The notes under the pieces were generated by a model that was not told the DNA's origin, made no database searches, and saw only the letters and a list, made by a program, of their open reading frames with translations. A DNA stretch of 64,000 nt from an uncultured Planctomycetota bacterium. GTDB taxonomy: Bacteria; Planctomycetota; Planctomycetia; Isosphaerales; Isosphaeraceae. Of this stretch, positions 52,377 to 63,760 are shown piece by piece; the stretch's first letter is position 1, and every line of letters begins with the position of its first letter. The translations under genes and the position numbers were made by a program. The stretch is from positions 1,600,001 to 1,664,000 of the forward strand of contig CAWGMQ010000006.1 of the NCBI GenBank assembly GCA_963823665.1, written 5' to 3'.

Positions 52377-53479
52377 ATGACCAATCGTCACGTACACAGT
52401 TCCTCGCTCGTTGGAATTGCGATCGCCAGCACGATGTTATTTTCACCTTCGATGACACGGGGCGGAACCGTGACAGCGGACGCTTTCCTTCCAACGGTGG
52501 GGGCGCCTCTTGGCGGTGGTGCGACATATGAACTGCGCGCGTTTAGCGTTCAGTTCACGCCCGTGCCCTCCGGCCCGAACGCTGCAACCACGAATCCTGC
52601 GCCGGTCATAAACTTTACGCCGATCGTGTTTCTCGGGCTTCCTCCCCGATTTTACTTTCCATCCTATTTTTCGACCGGCCCGGCGACGACAGTATTTGAT
52701 GTTAGTACATCAGCTTCCGGAGGTGGCGGAGGCACACCCTTTGGTGCTGTTGGCCAAGCGGTCTGGGATCCTGGGGCCACCGCCCCCGCGGCCCCATTAA
52801 GAGCGTCTGCTACAATACTGCCGCTTCCGGTAACGGGGGCTGCGGCCGGACAAGCCCAGGATCCTTATCAACTCCCAGCAGGTGTTTACCAGAACTACTC
52901 GTACACGGTCGACAGCCTCACCCTAAAAGTCGATCCGTCAAAACCAACTGAGTTTGTCGGCACAGCTACTTCGCGACCGACTCTCGCTATTCCCAGCCAC
53001 TCTGGAGCCTGGCCGTGAGTACTCAGGGTGTCCTGAATAGCCCCTCTGACCTCCAAATCACGTTTGCGAGCAATCCCATCCTCGGTCTCGATGATACGTT
53101 GATCGAAGACGAAGTCCGCGCTGCATTCACGGTCAACTCGGGCACTGCGACTTTGAGTTCGTTCGAGCTCTTCGACACGACGTACAAAGTATCGCAAACT
53201 ATTCAATACTCCGAGGGAGTGAATGCCGACGTCGGGGTCGCGTCCGTTCCTGAACCGTCCAGCGTTATACTGTTGTCATCTGGGAGTCTCATCCTCTTGG
53301 GAATTGTGCTGATTCAGCGAGGTCGTTCTGTTTGGCCTTCCCATAGCGGACGGAAAAAAACACCGCCAGGGCCGGTCCGTCCCGGAACATCCACGGGGTC
53401 ATCCACGGGGTCAGACCATCCACGTCCACGGGGTCAGACCAAGTTTCAAGTTAATTCAGAAGCTGACCGAAGACGCTAG
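52377..53479 (+). CDS. PEP-CTERM sorting-domain protein (frameshift near 52970)
   Basis: Signal peptide, Pro/Thr-rich body, VPEPSS followed by TM and basic residues. Confidence 0.75.
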
Positions 53480-53633
53480 CGAGCGTCGGGAATTCATCCG
53501 TCCCCGCCCGCGTCGAAGACCGACGCAAGCTGGATTCATCTCGTGGGGAGGGAAACAGGGACGCGATTAGCTTGTCTATGAATCTGACCGCTGGGGAGGG
53601 AAACAAGCGGGCCACTGGGGTAATGACGACGAC

Positions 53634-53957
53634 ATGTCTGTACAGGAAGATCCAACGCAACACGGGAAACCCATGCGGGGAGGGCGTGTGACCCTCAACC
53701 AGACGCCCGTACAGACCCCCGCTATGACCCGCACTCATGGAACTTCCTACATTTCGGGAACCCACGCGCGCCCGCGGCCTCACATCCGCCGGGCCCACTG
53801 GCACTCGTACTGGGTTGGGAAATGCAATGATCCTGACACTCGAACCGTGGTCTTGAAATGGCTGCCGCCCATCGCGGTCAACGTACAAAACGTTGACGAT
53901 TTGACAACAACGGTGCGGGATGTGGGGCACGCATCCGTCACGCAAGTGATGCACTGA
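53634..53957 (+). pseudogene. C-terminal fragment resembling AcrVA2/FinQ-like proteins
   Basis: PRPHIRRAHWHSYWVG...LKWLPPIAVN motif; begins right after a repeat unit. Confidence 0.5.
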
Positions 53958-54205
53958 ATTCGGCCATTACGGGAGCTGATGCCGTGTCGCCGCGCCCCGT
54001 TCGGCAGATCCGCCGAACCGGTACACGTGCAACTTCTCCGTTCGCGGGGCACATCACCTAATTCCTCCGGAAGGGAATTGCGGCCACCCTTACGGTTGTC
54101 GTACGATATGACGCGAACGTCAAAACCGAGAAGCTCTCGAAGTCATATCCAGTAGCCGGGCCGAGACAATTGGGAGCCAGCAATGATCCAAAGAGGAACA
54201 CCACA

Positions 54206-55321
54206 ATGTGCCGGATCGGGAGCTTGTTGACGGTGCTCGTGCTGTCGGCCACGGCAGGCGTGGCGATGGGTCAGGGGCAACGGCAAGGGCAAGCCGAGAA
54301 GAAGGCGCCGACTCGTGAGTTCGAGATCCGGAACAACCGGGCTTATCTCGGCGGTCAACCGGTCGATCTGTGGGGAGTCCGCTGCGGTAATGCTCTTCTC
54401 AGCCCGGCCGTGACCGAACGAACCATCAACGGCTTCGACGCGATGGTGGCGCACGGTATCAATATGGTCGGCGTCTATATCCAGGGGCCAAACGCCGGAT
54501 GGCCGAACCCCGACGGCGGGTTCGATGGATTCGAACGCGACGGGAAGCTCAAGCCCGCAGTCGCGGAACGCCTCGTGTGGCTGATCCGCGAGGCCAATGA
54601 GCGCGGCATGGTCGTCCAGGTCGGCCTGATTTCTCCACGAAAGGATCAAACCTTCCTTGACGAGGCTGCAATTCGCAGGGGGATCGAGGAAACTGCACAC
54701 TTGCTGATTCAGCATCGGTTGAAAAACGTATTCGTGGATCTGGTGCATGAATTTGGTCATCCCAACCGAATCGATCACGAGATTCTGCGCGAGCCGGATA
54801 GCGCCACCAAGAAGGCCAAGTTGACGAAGTGGTTCAAGGATGTTGCACCCGACATCGAAGTCGGCGTTTGTCCGAATTTCCCAACCGAGACAACGGACGG
54901 CTACCCGGGCATGGACGTGCACATCATCGAGAAGGCAGCGGCGATACCGAGCGACGGTTTCGTGGTGAACGTCGAGATCCCACGCAAGGACGTCTTCGAG
55001 AACGACGGAGTGTTCAAGCCCGAAGACATCGCCGCGATCCTGGAAACGTGCCAGAGCTATCTCGACGCGCCCCACGCCGTCATGATGTTTCATAGCGCCT
55101 ACACGCAGGGGATCACCAACCGAAGTGGCAGTGCCCCGCATGCCGAGGCGGGCGGTTTTGGCACAGGTCCCACGGACCGAGGCATTCGCTTCTACTATGA
55201 CTGGGTTCGCGAGCATGTCGGTCGTTACGAATATCCCCGCCACATCAAGGACGAAAAATCGAAGGTCAAGCTAACACCAATCACGGTGCCGCCCCCTTCA
55301 AGCCGCCAGGGCACGCAATGA
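54206..55321 (+). CDS. Secreted hypothetical protein, glycoside hydrolase-like TIM barrel
   Basis: Signal peptide; HGINMV...LIREANERGMVVQVGL...NVFVDLVHE. Confidence 0.65.
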   Translation: MCRIGSLLTVLVLSATAGVAMGQGQRQGQAEKKAPTREFEIRNNRAYLGGQPVDLWGVRCGNALLSPAVTERTINGFDAMVAHGINMVGVYIQGPNAGWPNPDGGFDGFERDGKLKPAVAERLVWLIREANERGMVVQVGLISPRKDQTFLDEAAIRRGIEETAHLLIQHRLKNVFVDLVHEFGHPNRIDHEILREPDSATKKAKLTKWFKDVAPDIEVGVCPNFPTETTDGYPGMDVHIIEKAAAIPSDGFVVNVEIPRKDVFENDGVFKPEDIAAILETCQSYLDAPHAVMMFHSAYTQGITNRSGSAPHAEAGGFGTGPTDRGIRFYYDWVREHVGRYEYPRHIKDEKSKVKLTPITVPPPSSRQGTQ

Positions 55322-55329
55322 GAGCGCGA

Positions 55330-55533
55330 CATCCCCGGGCCTACTCGGAGACCGTCAGGTCGTCAAACTGGCTGGGCACGGTGACTCTCGACCAGTGGAT
55401 TCCGTGGAACCGGCACGGCACATCGAACGTGCTCTGCCTGGATGGCCACGCCAAGTCGGTGCTGAAGCCTGACGCGTATCTGGGCATGTATCCCGGGGGC
55501 GTGATTCTGACCGACCCCAGTTGGTACCCCTGA
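55330..55533 (+). pseudogene. 3' fragment of an H-X9-DG (DUF1559-type) gene
   Basis: RHGTSNVLCLDGHAK motif with no N-terminal part. Confidence 0.55.
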
Positions 55534-55863
55534 TCGACCGGTCAGGGTTAGGGGGCGCATTGCGGTCGCCGCCGGACTGCCGTCAATTGGCAGAGATCGG
55601 ACTCGAATACCGCCGCGCTCGATCACAATGATCGCGCCCTGGAGCCATGGCCCCAACGGGGCCGCGGTCAATAGCCACGGGCTTCAGCCCTTGGCATCGT
55701 GACTTGGAATCCGCTTCCAGGACGCCAAAACGGGAATCCCTGTTCCGGCCTCTGGTATGAGAGCACGCTTTGGCGTACCATACGTTGCCTTTCGCTTGAG
55801 CCTCCACCCATCGTCGTCCAGTCCGATCTCTCATCATCATTCGCACTTAATCGGGGATTCACC

Positions 55864-56778
55864 GTGATCCGCAGGTTCACCCAAGGTTCGGCGACCGACG
55901 GCAAGATCGTTGTCATCGACCTCGATCTCGACGGTACGCGCATGACTGTTGTCCAGAAGCTGGCCGACGGCACCAAGAAACGCTCGGTCAAGGAGATGAC
56001 AAGCGAAGCCGAAGCTCGATCGGCGAGCGAACAGCTCGCCCGTCAGCTCGTCTCAAAAGGTTACACCGAGCGAGCCGGTCGCGGCCCCAATCCGGCCGGT
56101 AACGGCGCCGGATCTTCGAAGCCCGCGCCCCGGTCGCGGGATCATGAACCGGTCACCGCCAACCCTGCGTTCGACGACCTGGAGACACCCGCCGCACAAC
56201 CCCTGCCGCGGCTCGCCCGGTCGGACGGCACATCGGCTTCGGCCGACGACTCGCCCAAGAAAAAGAAGAAAAAGGGTGGCAAGAAAAAAAAGCAGAAGGG
56301 ACAAAGCGGCGACGCCCTCGACAAGCGTGTCCTTGCCGGAGTCGGGGCGGTTGGTCTGGCAATCGTATGCGGACTCGGCTTCGTGATCTACGACGGCTTC
56401 ATCAAGCCACCGTCGCTCTTCGCCAACTGGCAAGGAGGGATGGTCGACCATGAGATCAGCAAGCATCTCACGATCACCCAGTATGTCCTCATCCTCAACG
56501 ACAAAAATCGCGCCGAATTGACGATTGTCGAACACAACGCCTGGATCGGGGTCGGCACTTACACGCTGAAAGGAGATCGCCTCAAGCTCGCCCTCAAAGA
56601 CGGCTTGGACGAGACGACCGAGCGCGAGTACAAGATCGCGCTCGCTCGCTCGACCCTCGAGCTTTACGACCCCGCCAGCGGCAAATTGCTCGTTCAGTTG
56701 CTCCGCCAGCGCACGCCGCCGGTCGTCCGAGCCAAGGCACCGCCCATTACGAACGCCGACGAAATTGGTGGTTTGTAG
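55864..56778 (+). CDS. Hypothetical membrane-anchored protein with WGR-like N-terminus
   Basis: EAEAR..SE.L..QLVSKGY, poly-Lys linker, single TM. Confidence 0.65.
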   Translation: MIRRFTQGSATDGKIVVIDLDLDGTRMTVVQKLADGTKKRSVKEMTSEAEARSASEQLARQLVSKGYTERAGRGPNPAGNGAGSSKPAPRSRDHEPVTANPAFDDLETPAAQPLPRLARSDGTSASADDSPKKKKKKGGKKKKQKGQSGDALDKRVLAGVGAVGLAIVCGLGFVIYDGFIKPPSLFANWQGGMVDHEISKHLTITQYVLILNDKNRAELTIVEHNAWIGVGTYTLKGDRLKLALKDGLDETTEREYKIALARSTLELYDPASGKLLVQLLRQRTPPVVRAKAPPITNADEIGGL

Positions 56779-56878
56779 GGTCCATTCGAATCGTCCGCTT
56801 GACCAGTCTCCGAGACACTGGATGGTCCGCGGGCAGACGGTCTGCGACGGCATATCTGCCGGCCGGGTCGAAGAGCGA

Positions 56879-57061
56879 ATGACGGCGGTGGAGGATGCAG
56901 TGCGCGAGCTGCAAAAGGCGATGCAAGCTCGCAACCCAGCCCCTGACTGGCTGGAACGTGTGATCGGTTCCATGAAGGACGAGCCGGCATTTGACGAAGT
57001 GCTTGAATACGGTCGGGCGATTCGCCAAGCGGATCGGCCGACTGATGATCAAACGCCATGA
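56879..57061 (+). CDS. Putative antitoxin
   Basis: WLERVIGSMKDEPAFDEVLEYGRAIR; ATGA overlap with a PIN gene. Confidence 0.6.
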   Translation: MTAVEDAVRELQKAMQARNPAPDWLERVIGSMKDEPAFDEVLEYGRAIRQADRPTDDQTP

Positions 57062-57282
57062 AGTTCCCGCGTTTTGTCTGCGTTTGCAGCGCCCTCATGT
57101 TGCCCTTTGATACGAGCGCATCTGCCGTTTTTGACAGTCTGTTCGCATCGCATGTGAGTATCGCGACGATGGATCTGCGAATCGCATCGGTCGCGTTGAG
57201 TCAGGGATTGACGCTATTGACTCGCAACTCGCGTGATTTCAGCAAGGTTCCGCGCCTTGTCATCGAAGATTGGACCATCTGA
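57058..57282 (+). pseudogene. VapC/PIN toxin with internal deletion
   Basis: C-terminal MDLRIASVAL..LTLLTRN.RDF..VP.L.IEDW present; N-terminal LLDT motif missing. Confidence 0.7.
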
Positions 57283-57416
57283 TTGCGTGGCGCCGAATTG
57301 AGACGGGAGCGCCCGGAATCTCGACGGTCCGCGCGTGACTGTTGTCCAGAAGATGCCCGACGGCAGGGAACACCTCTGGACGCCCTTCGAGTGCAGCCGC
57401 CCAGCCGGGTCACTCC

Positions 57417-57481
57417 GTAGGGTGGGTGCAACCCACCATCCGACATAGCATCACGGCCGGTGGGTTGCACCCACTCTACGT
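57417..57481. repeat. GTAG-type REP doublet
   Basis: GTAGGGTGGGTGCAACCCACC ... GGTGGGTTGCACCCACTCTAC inverted pair. Confidence 0.8.
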
Positions 57482-57925
57482 GCTGCGACCCATCGCGGGT
57501 CTGAGTCTGGCCTGATTCCTTTGAACCAGGCCCAATTTCCTTGCCCGACCCGTGCAATTTGCATGATCACTTCGGTCCGCAAATTCCTCAAATTCCCGGC
57601 ACTTATGGCCGATTCTTAAGGAGCGAGAAGAACGCCGCTCAGCCGCGGTTCACGTCCGCTTTCAGTCCGTTCAACGGGCCGGAACACATCTCTGTCGTGG
57701 CGCGGCGGCTCGTGGTGTTTGCGGAACATCGGCCCAGATAACCATTTACTGCCAATTCTCACGAAAACCTGCTGGTCGGAAAATTGGCTGAAGTTCTCTC
57801 GTTCGCAACGACGAGCCGGCCCGAAGCCGGCAAAACGAATGACACGCCAGCTCGGTTGACGAGAGAGCTTGGCTGTATTGGGCAGTTTCTGGGGCAAGCC
57901 ACGTCTGGGGCAAGCCGGAGAGAAT

Positions 57926-60006
57926 ATGAGGATCACGGATCAGTCTCGCACCGCCCTCCTACCTCGACTCGCCTTGGCGTTATGCCTGGTGACGGTGGTC
58001 TCGGCGGCGCGAGCGCAGGAAACCACACCACCTCAGGCGGTGGACAACACGCCCGATCGCACATCCGGCCCGGTGCGCACGAAGGAGACCCAGGCACGCC
58101 TTCGGACCCAGAATTCCGCCCAGCCGCGCCGTGACATTTCGCGTTGGGAACGCTTTCGCAATTCGATCCGGCCATTTCGTGCCGCAAGCGACGCCGGGTC
58201 GAGCTCCACTGGTGAAAAGCGACGCTCGCTTCTGGGTGATAAGATCGTTTATGGACCTGGCCAGGAGCCGGAGCTCCCCGATTTCTCGCCGATGACGCGC
58301 GACTCCGATTCGTCCGTGTCACGGGCGCGACGCAACGTTGCCCAGGAGCCGCCCCCGCCGGTTCTTCCCAGCAATACCGCCGGGCCGCGCGGACTTCCCA
58401 ATGCCATGGGCAATGGCGATAACCCGAGCGACGCGGTACCCCCGATCGAGGCGTTACCGATGCCCACGCCCGAGCAGCCGGGAGAATATGGACCAGACCA
58501 GACCGATCTCGAAGCCGCGGTGGCGGGCCCGGACGACGGCCCGAGCCAGAGCGAGAGCGAGAGCGAACGGGAATATTACAGTCTGCCCAAGCGGTTCTTC
58601 CGCGGGTATCCCACACTCGTGCTCTGGTTCCCGGAGCTGCTCGGGCCCCTGCGAGAGTCCGACAAGAACGCCCGCGACGACGAGCACCGCGCCGGCGAGC
58701 GCTCCGGCGGCGGCGGCTATGAATCGAATGAACCCACGGCGCGCACCGCCGAGCCCCTGGAATTCCCCGCCCTTTCCCGGTTCCGAGTATCAAGGTTACC
58801 CGCTGATCGGCGTGCCCCCGAGCGGCACCGAGGACCCGATGTACGAAGGCGCTCCTCCTCGGGCCGTACGGCGATGCAATCAAGGACAGCAGAATCGAGT
58901 TTCACGGCTGGGCTACCGTATCGGGCAACTGGAGCAACGCCCGAAATTCAAATCTGCCGACGGCTTACTGGATCGTCCCCAACTCATTCCAGCTCGACCA
59001 GCTCATCACCCGGTTCGAGCGCGAGGCCGACACGGTTCAGACCGATCACATCGACTGGGGGTTCCGCGCAGTCGGCTTGTACGGCATCGACTACCGCTAC
59101 ACGACCGCCGGTGGCGTATTCAGTCAACAGCTTTTATATCATAACAACCTGTATGGGTTCGATCCCGTCGAGTTCTTCGGCGAGCTGTACATCCCCAATA
59201 TTTTCGAGGGGATGTCGATCCGGCTCGGGCGCTGGATCGCCTGCCCGGACATCGAGGCTCAATACGCGCCGGATAACTACCTGGCCTCGCACTCACTTCT
59301 CTTCACTTACGACACATACACCCAGACCGGCGTCATGTTCAGCTTCCAGATCAACCAGCGGAACATGATTCAGGGCGCGATCCAGTCGGGCACCGACATG
59401 GCACCCTGGTACGCCGGCGCGCTGGCAACCGGCTTCTTCGGCTGGCGATGGGTGTCCGAGTCAAATAATGATGCATTCTACACATGTTTGAATAACATCA
59501 ATAACGCGAAGTTTCGCTATTTCATGGCTGACGGCCGCAAGGCAGGCCATGACAACTTCAATTACATCGTCACCACCTGGGAGCACAGGTTCAGTCAGAA
59601 GGTCCATACGAAGACTGAAGCGTATTACATGTGGCAGTTCGACGCGGTCGTGGGCGGCACGCCGAGCCTCGGTCCGCCGATGTCCTTCGGCGGCGGCGGC
59701 GGTCTCGGCAAGTACCTTCCTGGAAACTCGCCGGCTTACGGCGTCTTGAATTACACCATGTTCCAGCTCTCGAAGCGAGATTACTTCACGGTCCGCAACG
59801 AGTGGTGGGACGATTCGCGCGGCGAGCGGTCAGGATTCGCCACGAATTACTCGAGCCACACGATCGGAATCAGCCACCAGTTCAACGACCACGTCATGAT
59901 CCGCCCCGAGCTAGGTTACTACCATTCCTACAATGTGCCGGCCTTCGATCTCGGCAAGAACAACAACCTCCTCATGGGCGGCTTCGACCTGACAGTCCGG
60001 TTCTGA
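57926..60006 (+). CDS. Outer-membrane beta-barrel protein (putative porin; frameshifted, long Pro-rich N-terminus)
   Basis: Signal peptide; YGIDYRYT, APDNYLASHS, RNEWWDD..G.RSG, IRPE; terminal Phe. Confidence 0.8.
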
Positions 60007-60111
60007 CCAGCCGGCGCGAGTGGACGTTCGATTCAATTGCAGGCTAAGCTATACCCATGGCGAATCATCCATGCGATTGCCACAGCCTTGGGACGACATC
60101 ACGGCGATTCC

Positions 60112-62064
60112 ATGCACAGTAAATCGGATTCGACCACGGCGCCGATCCGCGAGCAGCCCGGCGAAGCGCCTCGGGACGAGCCGGCGCCGGGCGCAGCTGG
60201 CGACGAGATCGCCGCCCTGCGCGCCATCGTCGACGGAACGGCCCGGAGCACGGGCGAGATATTCTTCCAGTCCCTCGTCCGGCACCTCGCCGAGGCGATC
60301 GGCGTCGAATATGCCTTCGTCGCCGAGTTCGCCGGCACGTTTACGCGAGTGCGAACTCTATCGTACTGGGGAAAGGGCCGGATCCGCGAGAACATCGAGT
60401 ACGACCTGGCCGGAACCCCCTGCGAGGACGTGGTCCGCGGCGGGTTGTGCCATTATCCCAGCGGGGTCAAGGAACGGTTCCCGCGAGATGAGGCGCTCGT
60501 CGAGATGGCGATCGAGAGCTACCTGGGCGTGCCTCTGCTCGACGCGAGGGGTGAGGTGCTTGGCCATCTCGCAGTGTTCGACGAGCGGCCGTTGCCTGCA
60601 GAACAGCGCAATCTGTTCACGTTCCGAAGCTTTGCGGCTCGTGCCGCAGCGGAACTGGAACGGCTGCGTTATGAGCAGCAGCACCTCGAGAGTGAAGAGA
60701 GGTACCGAGATCTTTATGAGGAAGCTCCGATCGGCTACGTCCAGGAAGATCTCGAATCGCGCTTCTTAACGGCCAATCGGGCCGCGATCAGAATGTTGGG
60801 TCTGAAGCCCGACGAAGTGATCGGCACGATCGGGATGTCGCTGGTCGCGCCCACGCCCGAGGCACAGCGACGAGCTCGCGAGGCGTTTGCGTCGATCGGC
60901 CGGGGAACAGATACAGCCGGTGTCGTTCTTGAGCTCCGCCGCAAAGACAACGGCCACCCTCTCTGGGTGCAGTGGTGGTCCAAGCCTGAACCAAACGGAA
61001 GATACACGCGGACGGTGATCGTGGACATCACCGATCGGGTGCTCGCGGAACAGGAAAAATCCCGGCTCCAATTGCAGAACCAATACTTGCAAGAGGAGAT
61101 CAAGTCCGTCCACAACTTCGACGAGATCATCGGCCGGAGCCCTGCCCTGCACGCGGTACTGGACAAGGTCGGCCGCGTGGCACCCACCGATTCAACCGTG
61201 CTCATCTGCGGCGAGACCGGCACGGGCAAGGAGCTGTTCGCGCGAGCCGTGCACTCGAACAGCCGGCGCAGGGATAAGCCGCTCATCAAGGTCAACTGCG
61301 CGGCGCTGCCGGCCGGGCTGGTCGAGAGCGAGCTGTTCGGCCACGAAAAAGGGGCCTTCACCGGTGCGATCGCTCGACGGATCGGCCGATTCGAGCTTTC
61401 CGATCGGGGCACGATCTTCCTCGACGAGATCGGCGAGCTCCCGCTCGAAACACAGGTGAAGTTGCTCCGCGTCCTGCAGGAACACGAGTTCGATCGCGTC
61501 GGTGGCGGCGCCCCGATCAAGGTCGATGTCCGGGTGATTGCGGCCACCAATCGCGACCTGCAGAAGGCCGTGCGCGAGAAGCTGTTTCGCGAGGACCTGT
61601 ACTATCGCCTCAATGTCTTCCCGATTGCGCTTCCTCCACTGCGCGAACGCTTGGAGGACATGCCGATACTGGTGCAATTCCTGCTCGATCGATTTGCCGT
61701 CAGGATCGGCAAGCGCGTCGACGGTGCAAGCCGCGAAACAATGGAGCGGCTCACAGCGTATTCCTGGCCGGGCAATGTCCGCGAGCTGGAGAATATCCTC
61801 GAGCGCGCGGTCATCCTCGCGACCGGCCCGACGCTCGAGATCGCGCCAGACGTCCTCGGCGGGCCCACGATGGCGACGGCTCCCGACGCGCGACTCGCCC
61901 TCGAGGATGTCGAGCGGAACCACATTCAGAACGTGCTTGCAAAGACCGGCTGGGTGATCGATGGGCCGAAAGGCGCGGCGACCCTCCTGGGTCTGCATCC
62001 CAACACTCTGCGCAGCCGGCTCAAGAAGCTGGGGATCGAGCGCGCTGCCCACGACCGCTCGTAG
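60112..62064 (+). CDS. Sigma54-dependent activator (GAF-PAS-AAA+-Fis HTH), FhlA-like
   Basis: [56 protein letters not shown]. Confidence 0.95.
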   Translation: MHSKSDSTTAPIREQPGEAPRDEPAPGAAGDEIAALRAIVDGTARSTGEIFFQSLVRHLAEAIGVEYAFVAEFAGTFTRVRTLSYWGKGRIRENIEYDLAGTPCEDVVRGGLCHYPSGVKERFPRDEALVEMAIESYLGVPLLDARGEVLGHLAVFDERPLPAEQRNLFTFRSFAARAAAELERLRYEQQHLESEERYRDLYEEAPIGYVQEDLESRFLTANRAAIRMLGLKPDEVIGTIGMSLVAPTPEAQRRAREAFASIGRGTDTAGVVLELRRKDNGHPLWVQWWSKPEPNGRYTRTVIVDITDRVLAEQEKSRLQLQNQYLQEEIKSVHNFDEIIGRSPALHAVLDKVGRVAPTDSTVLICGETGTGKELFARAVHSNSRRRDKPLIKVNCAALPAGLVESELFGHEKGAFTGAIARRIGRFELSDRGTIFLDEIGELPLETQVKLLRVLQEHEFDRVGGGAPIKVDVRVIAATNRDLQKAVREKLFREDLYYRLNVFPIALPPLRERLEDMPILVQFLLDRFAVRIGKRVDGASRETMERLTAYSWPGNVRELENILERAVILATGPTLEIAPDVLGGPTMATAPDARLALEDVERNHIQNVLAKTGWVIDGPKGAATLLGLHPNTLRSRLKKLGIERAAHDRS

Positions 62065-62195
62065 CGCCCCACGACATTTCGTGACCTTGCCCCCGCGGCG
62101 CGATGCCGCCCCCGGGCGATCTCGTCGACGGCAGAAGCTTCATAAGTGCCTTGGTCGCCGCGCCTTGCGAGCGGCGCAGAAGGAATTCTCGCCCT

Positions 62196-62212
62196 TCGGC
62201 ACAAGAGTCGCT
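62196..62212 (+). promoter_or_regulatory. sigma54 (-24/-12) promoter
   Basis: CGGCACAAGAGTCGCT: GG (62198-62199), 10 nt, GC (62210-62211); 45 nt before the STAS-like gene and just downstream of the activator gene. Confidence 0.7.
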
Positions 62213-62255
62213 TTTCTCCCAGCTCCAACGTCAACGTCAAAGCCGAGAGGAGCCC

Positions 62256-62522
62256 ATGTTACGGATCACCATGACCAATGGCTGTCAGGCGACGAGCACG
62301 CTCAAGCTCGAAGGCAAGCTTTCAGGACCCTGGATCGGTGAGCTGGAGTCAGCCTGCCGTAGTTCGCACGTCTTGCCGGATCGCGTTCGCCTTGACCTCC
62401 ACGGCCTGTCGTTCGTCGACGCGGAGGGGGCTCGGTTCCTGGCGTGTTTGATCCGTGACGGTGCGCGAGTCATCGCCTGCTCTGGGTTCGTCGCGGAGAT
62501 CCTCGACCTCAAGAAGCCTTGA
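62256..62522 (+). CDS. STAS-domain-like small protein
   Basis: MLRIT...LKLEGKLSGPWIGELE...LDLHGLSFVDAEG. Confidence 0.8.
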   Translation: MLRITMTNGCQATSTLKLEGKLSGPWIGELESACRSSHVLPDRVRLDLHGLSFVDAEGARFLACLIRDGARVIACSGFVAEILDLKKP

Positions 62523-62594
62523 TGCCCGGCTCGATCGGGGTCGCGGACGTTCCGCGGCCTCCTGCTGGAAGTTCATCATCACAGGAGATCACCC

Positions 62595-62900
62595 ATGCGT
62601 TCGTACCTTCGACTCACGACCCTCGCCGCTTCGCTACTTGTGACCGCCTGGGCGTTCCCCGGCTGTTCTTCGTCCGAGGAAGGGCAGCCTGCCAAGATGG
62701 ACGGCGGTGCCATGCCGTCCGGCAAGATGGATGGTGGTGCCATGGACAAAGGCAAGATGGATGGCGGTGCCATGGACAAAGGCAAGATGGATGGCGGTGC
62801 CATGGACAAAGGCAAGATGGATGGCGGTGCCATGGACAAAGGCAAGATGGATGATGGTGCGATGCATAAGGGAAAGATGGATTCATCGTCAAAGAACTGA
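62595..62900 (+). CDS. Met-rich pentapeptide (MXKDX-like) repeat lipoprotein
   Basis: Lipobox-like FPGC; 30-bp repeats encoding MDKGKMDGGA. Confidence 0.85.
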   Translation: MRSYLRLTTLAASLLVTAWAFPGCSSSEEGQPAKMDGGAMPSGKMDGGAMDKGKMDGGAMDKGKMDGGAMDKGKMDGGAMDKGKMDDGAMHKGKMDSSSKN

Positions 62901-63070
62901 TCGTACGCCATCGCCCGTCACGAAGTGCACCCGGGGAACCGATGCGCAGAGTAGGTCAGGCTTTAGCCTGACTCCCCGGCTCCAGCACTTCACGCTCGAT
63001 TTTTTCTGCGGTCGCACGTGGCAGCACGCCGGGACGGCAGTCATCGGGTCCCTCACTGGAGCTTCTTACC

Positions 63071-63760
63071 ATGGCGCGCCTCGAGCGAAAACATTCCCTG
63101 GCGACGCGATTGTTTCACTGGGCGAATGTGCCGGTCCTGGCGGTCATGATCTGGAGCGGGCTGCTGATCTACTGGGCCAATGACGTTTACGAGATCCGCA
63201 TCGGGGGCGTCACACTCTTCAAGTTCTTCCCCGAGTGGTCCTACCGCGTCCTGAACGTCGGGCACCGACTGGCGGAGGGGATGGCATGGCATTTCGTCTT
63301 CATGTGGTTCTTCGCCTTGAACGGGCTGCTCTACGTCGCCTACACGATCTGGAGTGGGGAGTGGAGGCACCTGGTCCCGAACCGTCAGACTTTCGCCGAG
63401 GCGTGGCAGGTCGTGCGTCACGACCTCGGGTTGCGAACGGCGCCCTTGCCGCGGCGGAAGTTCAACGGTGCCCAGCGCCTCGCCTATACGGGCGTGGTTG
63501 CGATGGGGGCGGGCTCGCTCCTGACGGGCCTGGCCATCTACAAACCGGTCCAGCTCGCCTGGCTCACCACGCTGCTCGGCGGGTACGGGCCAGCCCGGCT
63601 CGAGCATTTCGTCCTGGCCATCGGTTACGTTGCATTCTTCGTTGTCCACATCACACAGGTGATCCGGGCCGGCTGGAACAACTTCCGGGCGATGGTCATC
63701 GGCGTCGAGGTGGCGAAGGACGAGGAGCTCTCGTATGAATACGAATACGCCCATCGATGA
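63071..63760 (+). CDS. Cytochrome b/b6 membrane subunit (Ni/Fe-hydrogenase b-type / thiosulfate reductase cytochrome b family)
   Basis: RLFHWAN, WHFVFMW, KFNGAQRLAY, RLEHF, FFVVHI. Confidence 0.88.
   Translation: MARLERKHSLATRLFHWANVPVLAVMIWSGLLIYWANDVYEIRIGGVTLFKFFPEWSYRVLNVGHRLAEGMAWHFVFMWFFALNGLLYVAYTIWSGEWRHLVPNRQTFAEAWQVVRHDLGLRTAPLPRRKFNGAQRLAYTGVVAMGAGSLLTGLAIYKPVQLAWLTTLLGGYGPARLEHFVLAIGYVAFFVVHITQVIRAGWNNFRAMVIGVEVAKDEELSYEYEYAHR

Noticed and set aside
62697..62882. Non-coding repeat array
   Set aside because: The 30-bp units are in frame within the Met-rich lipoprotein ORF
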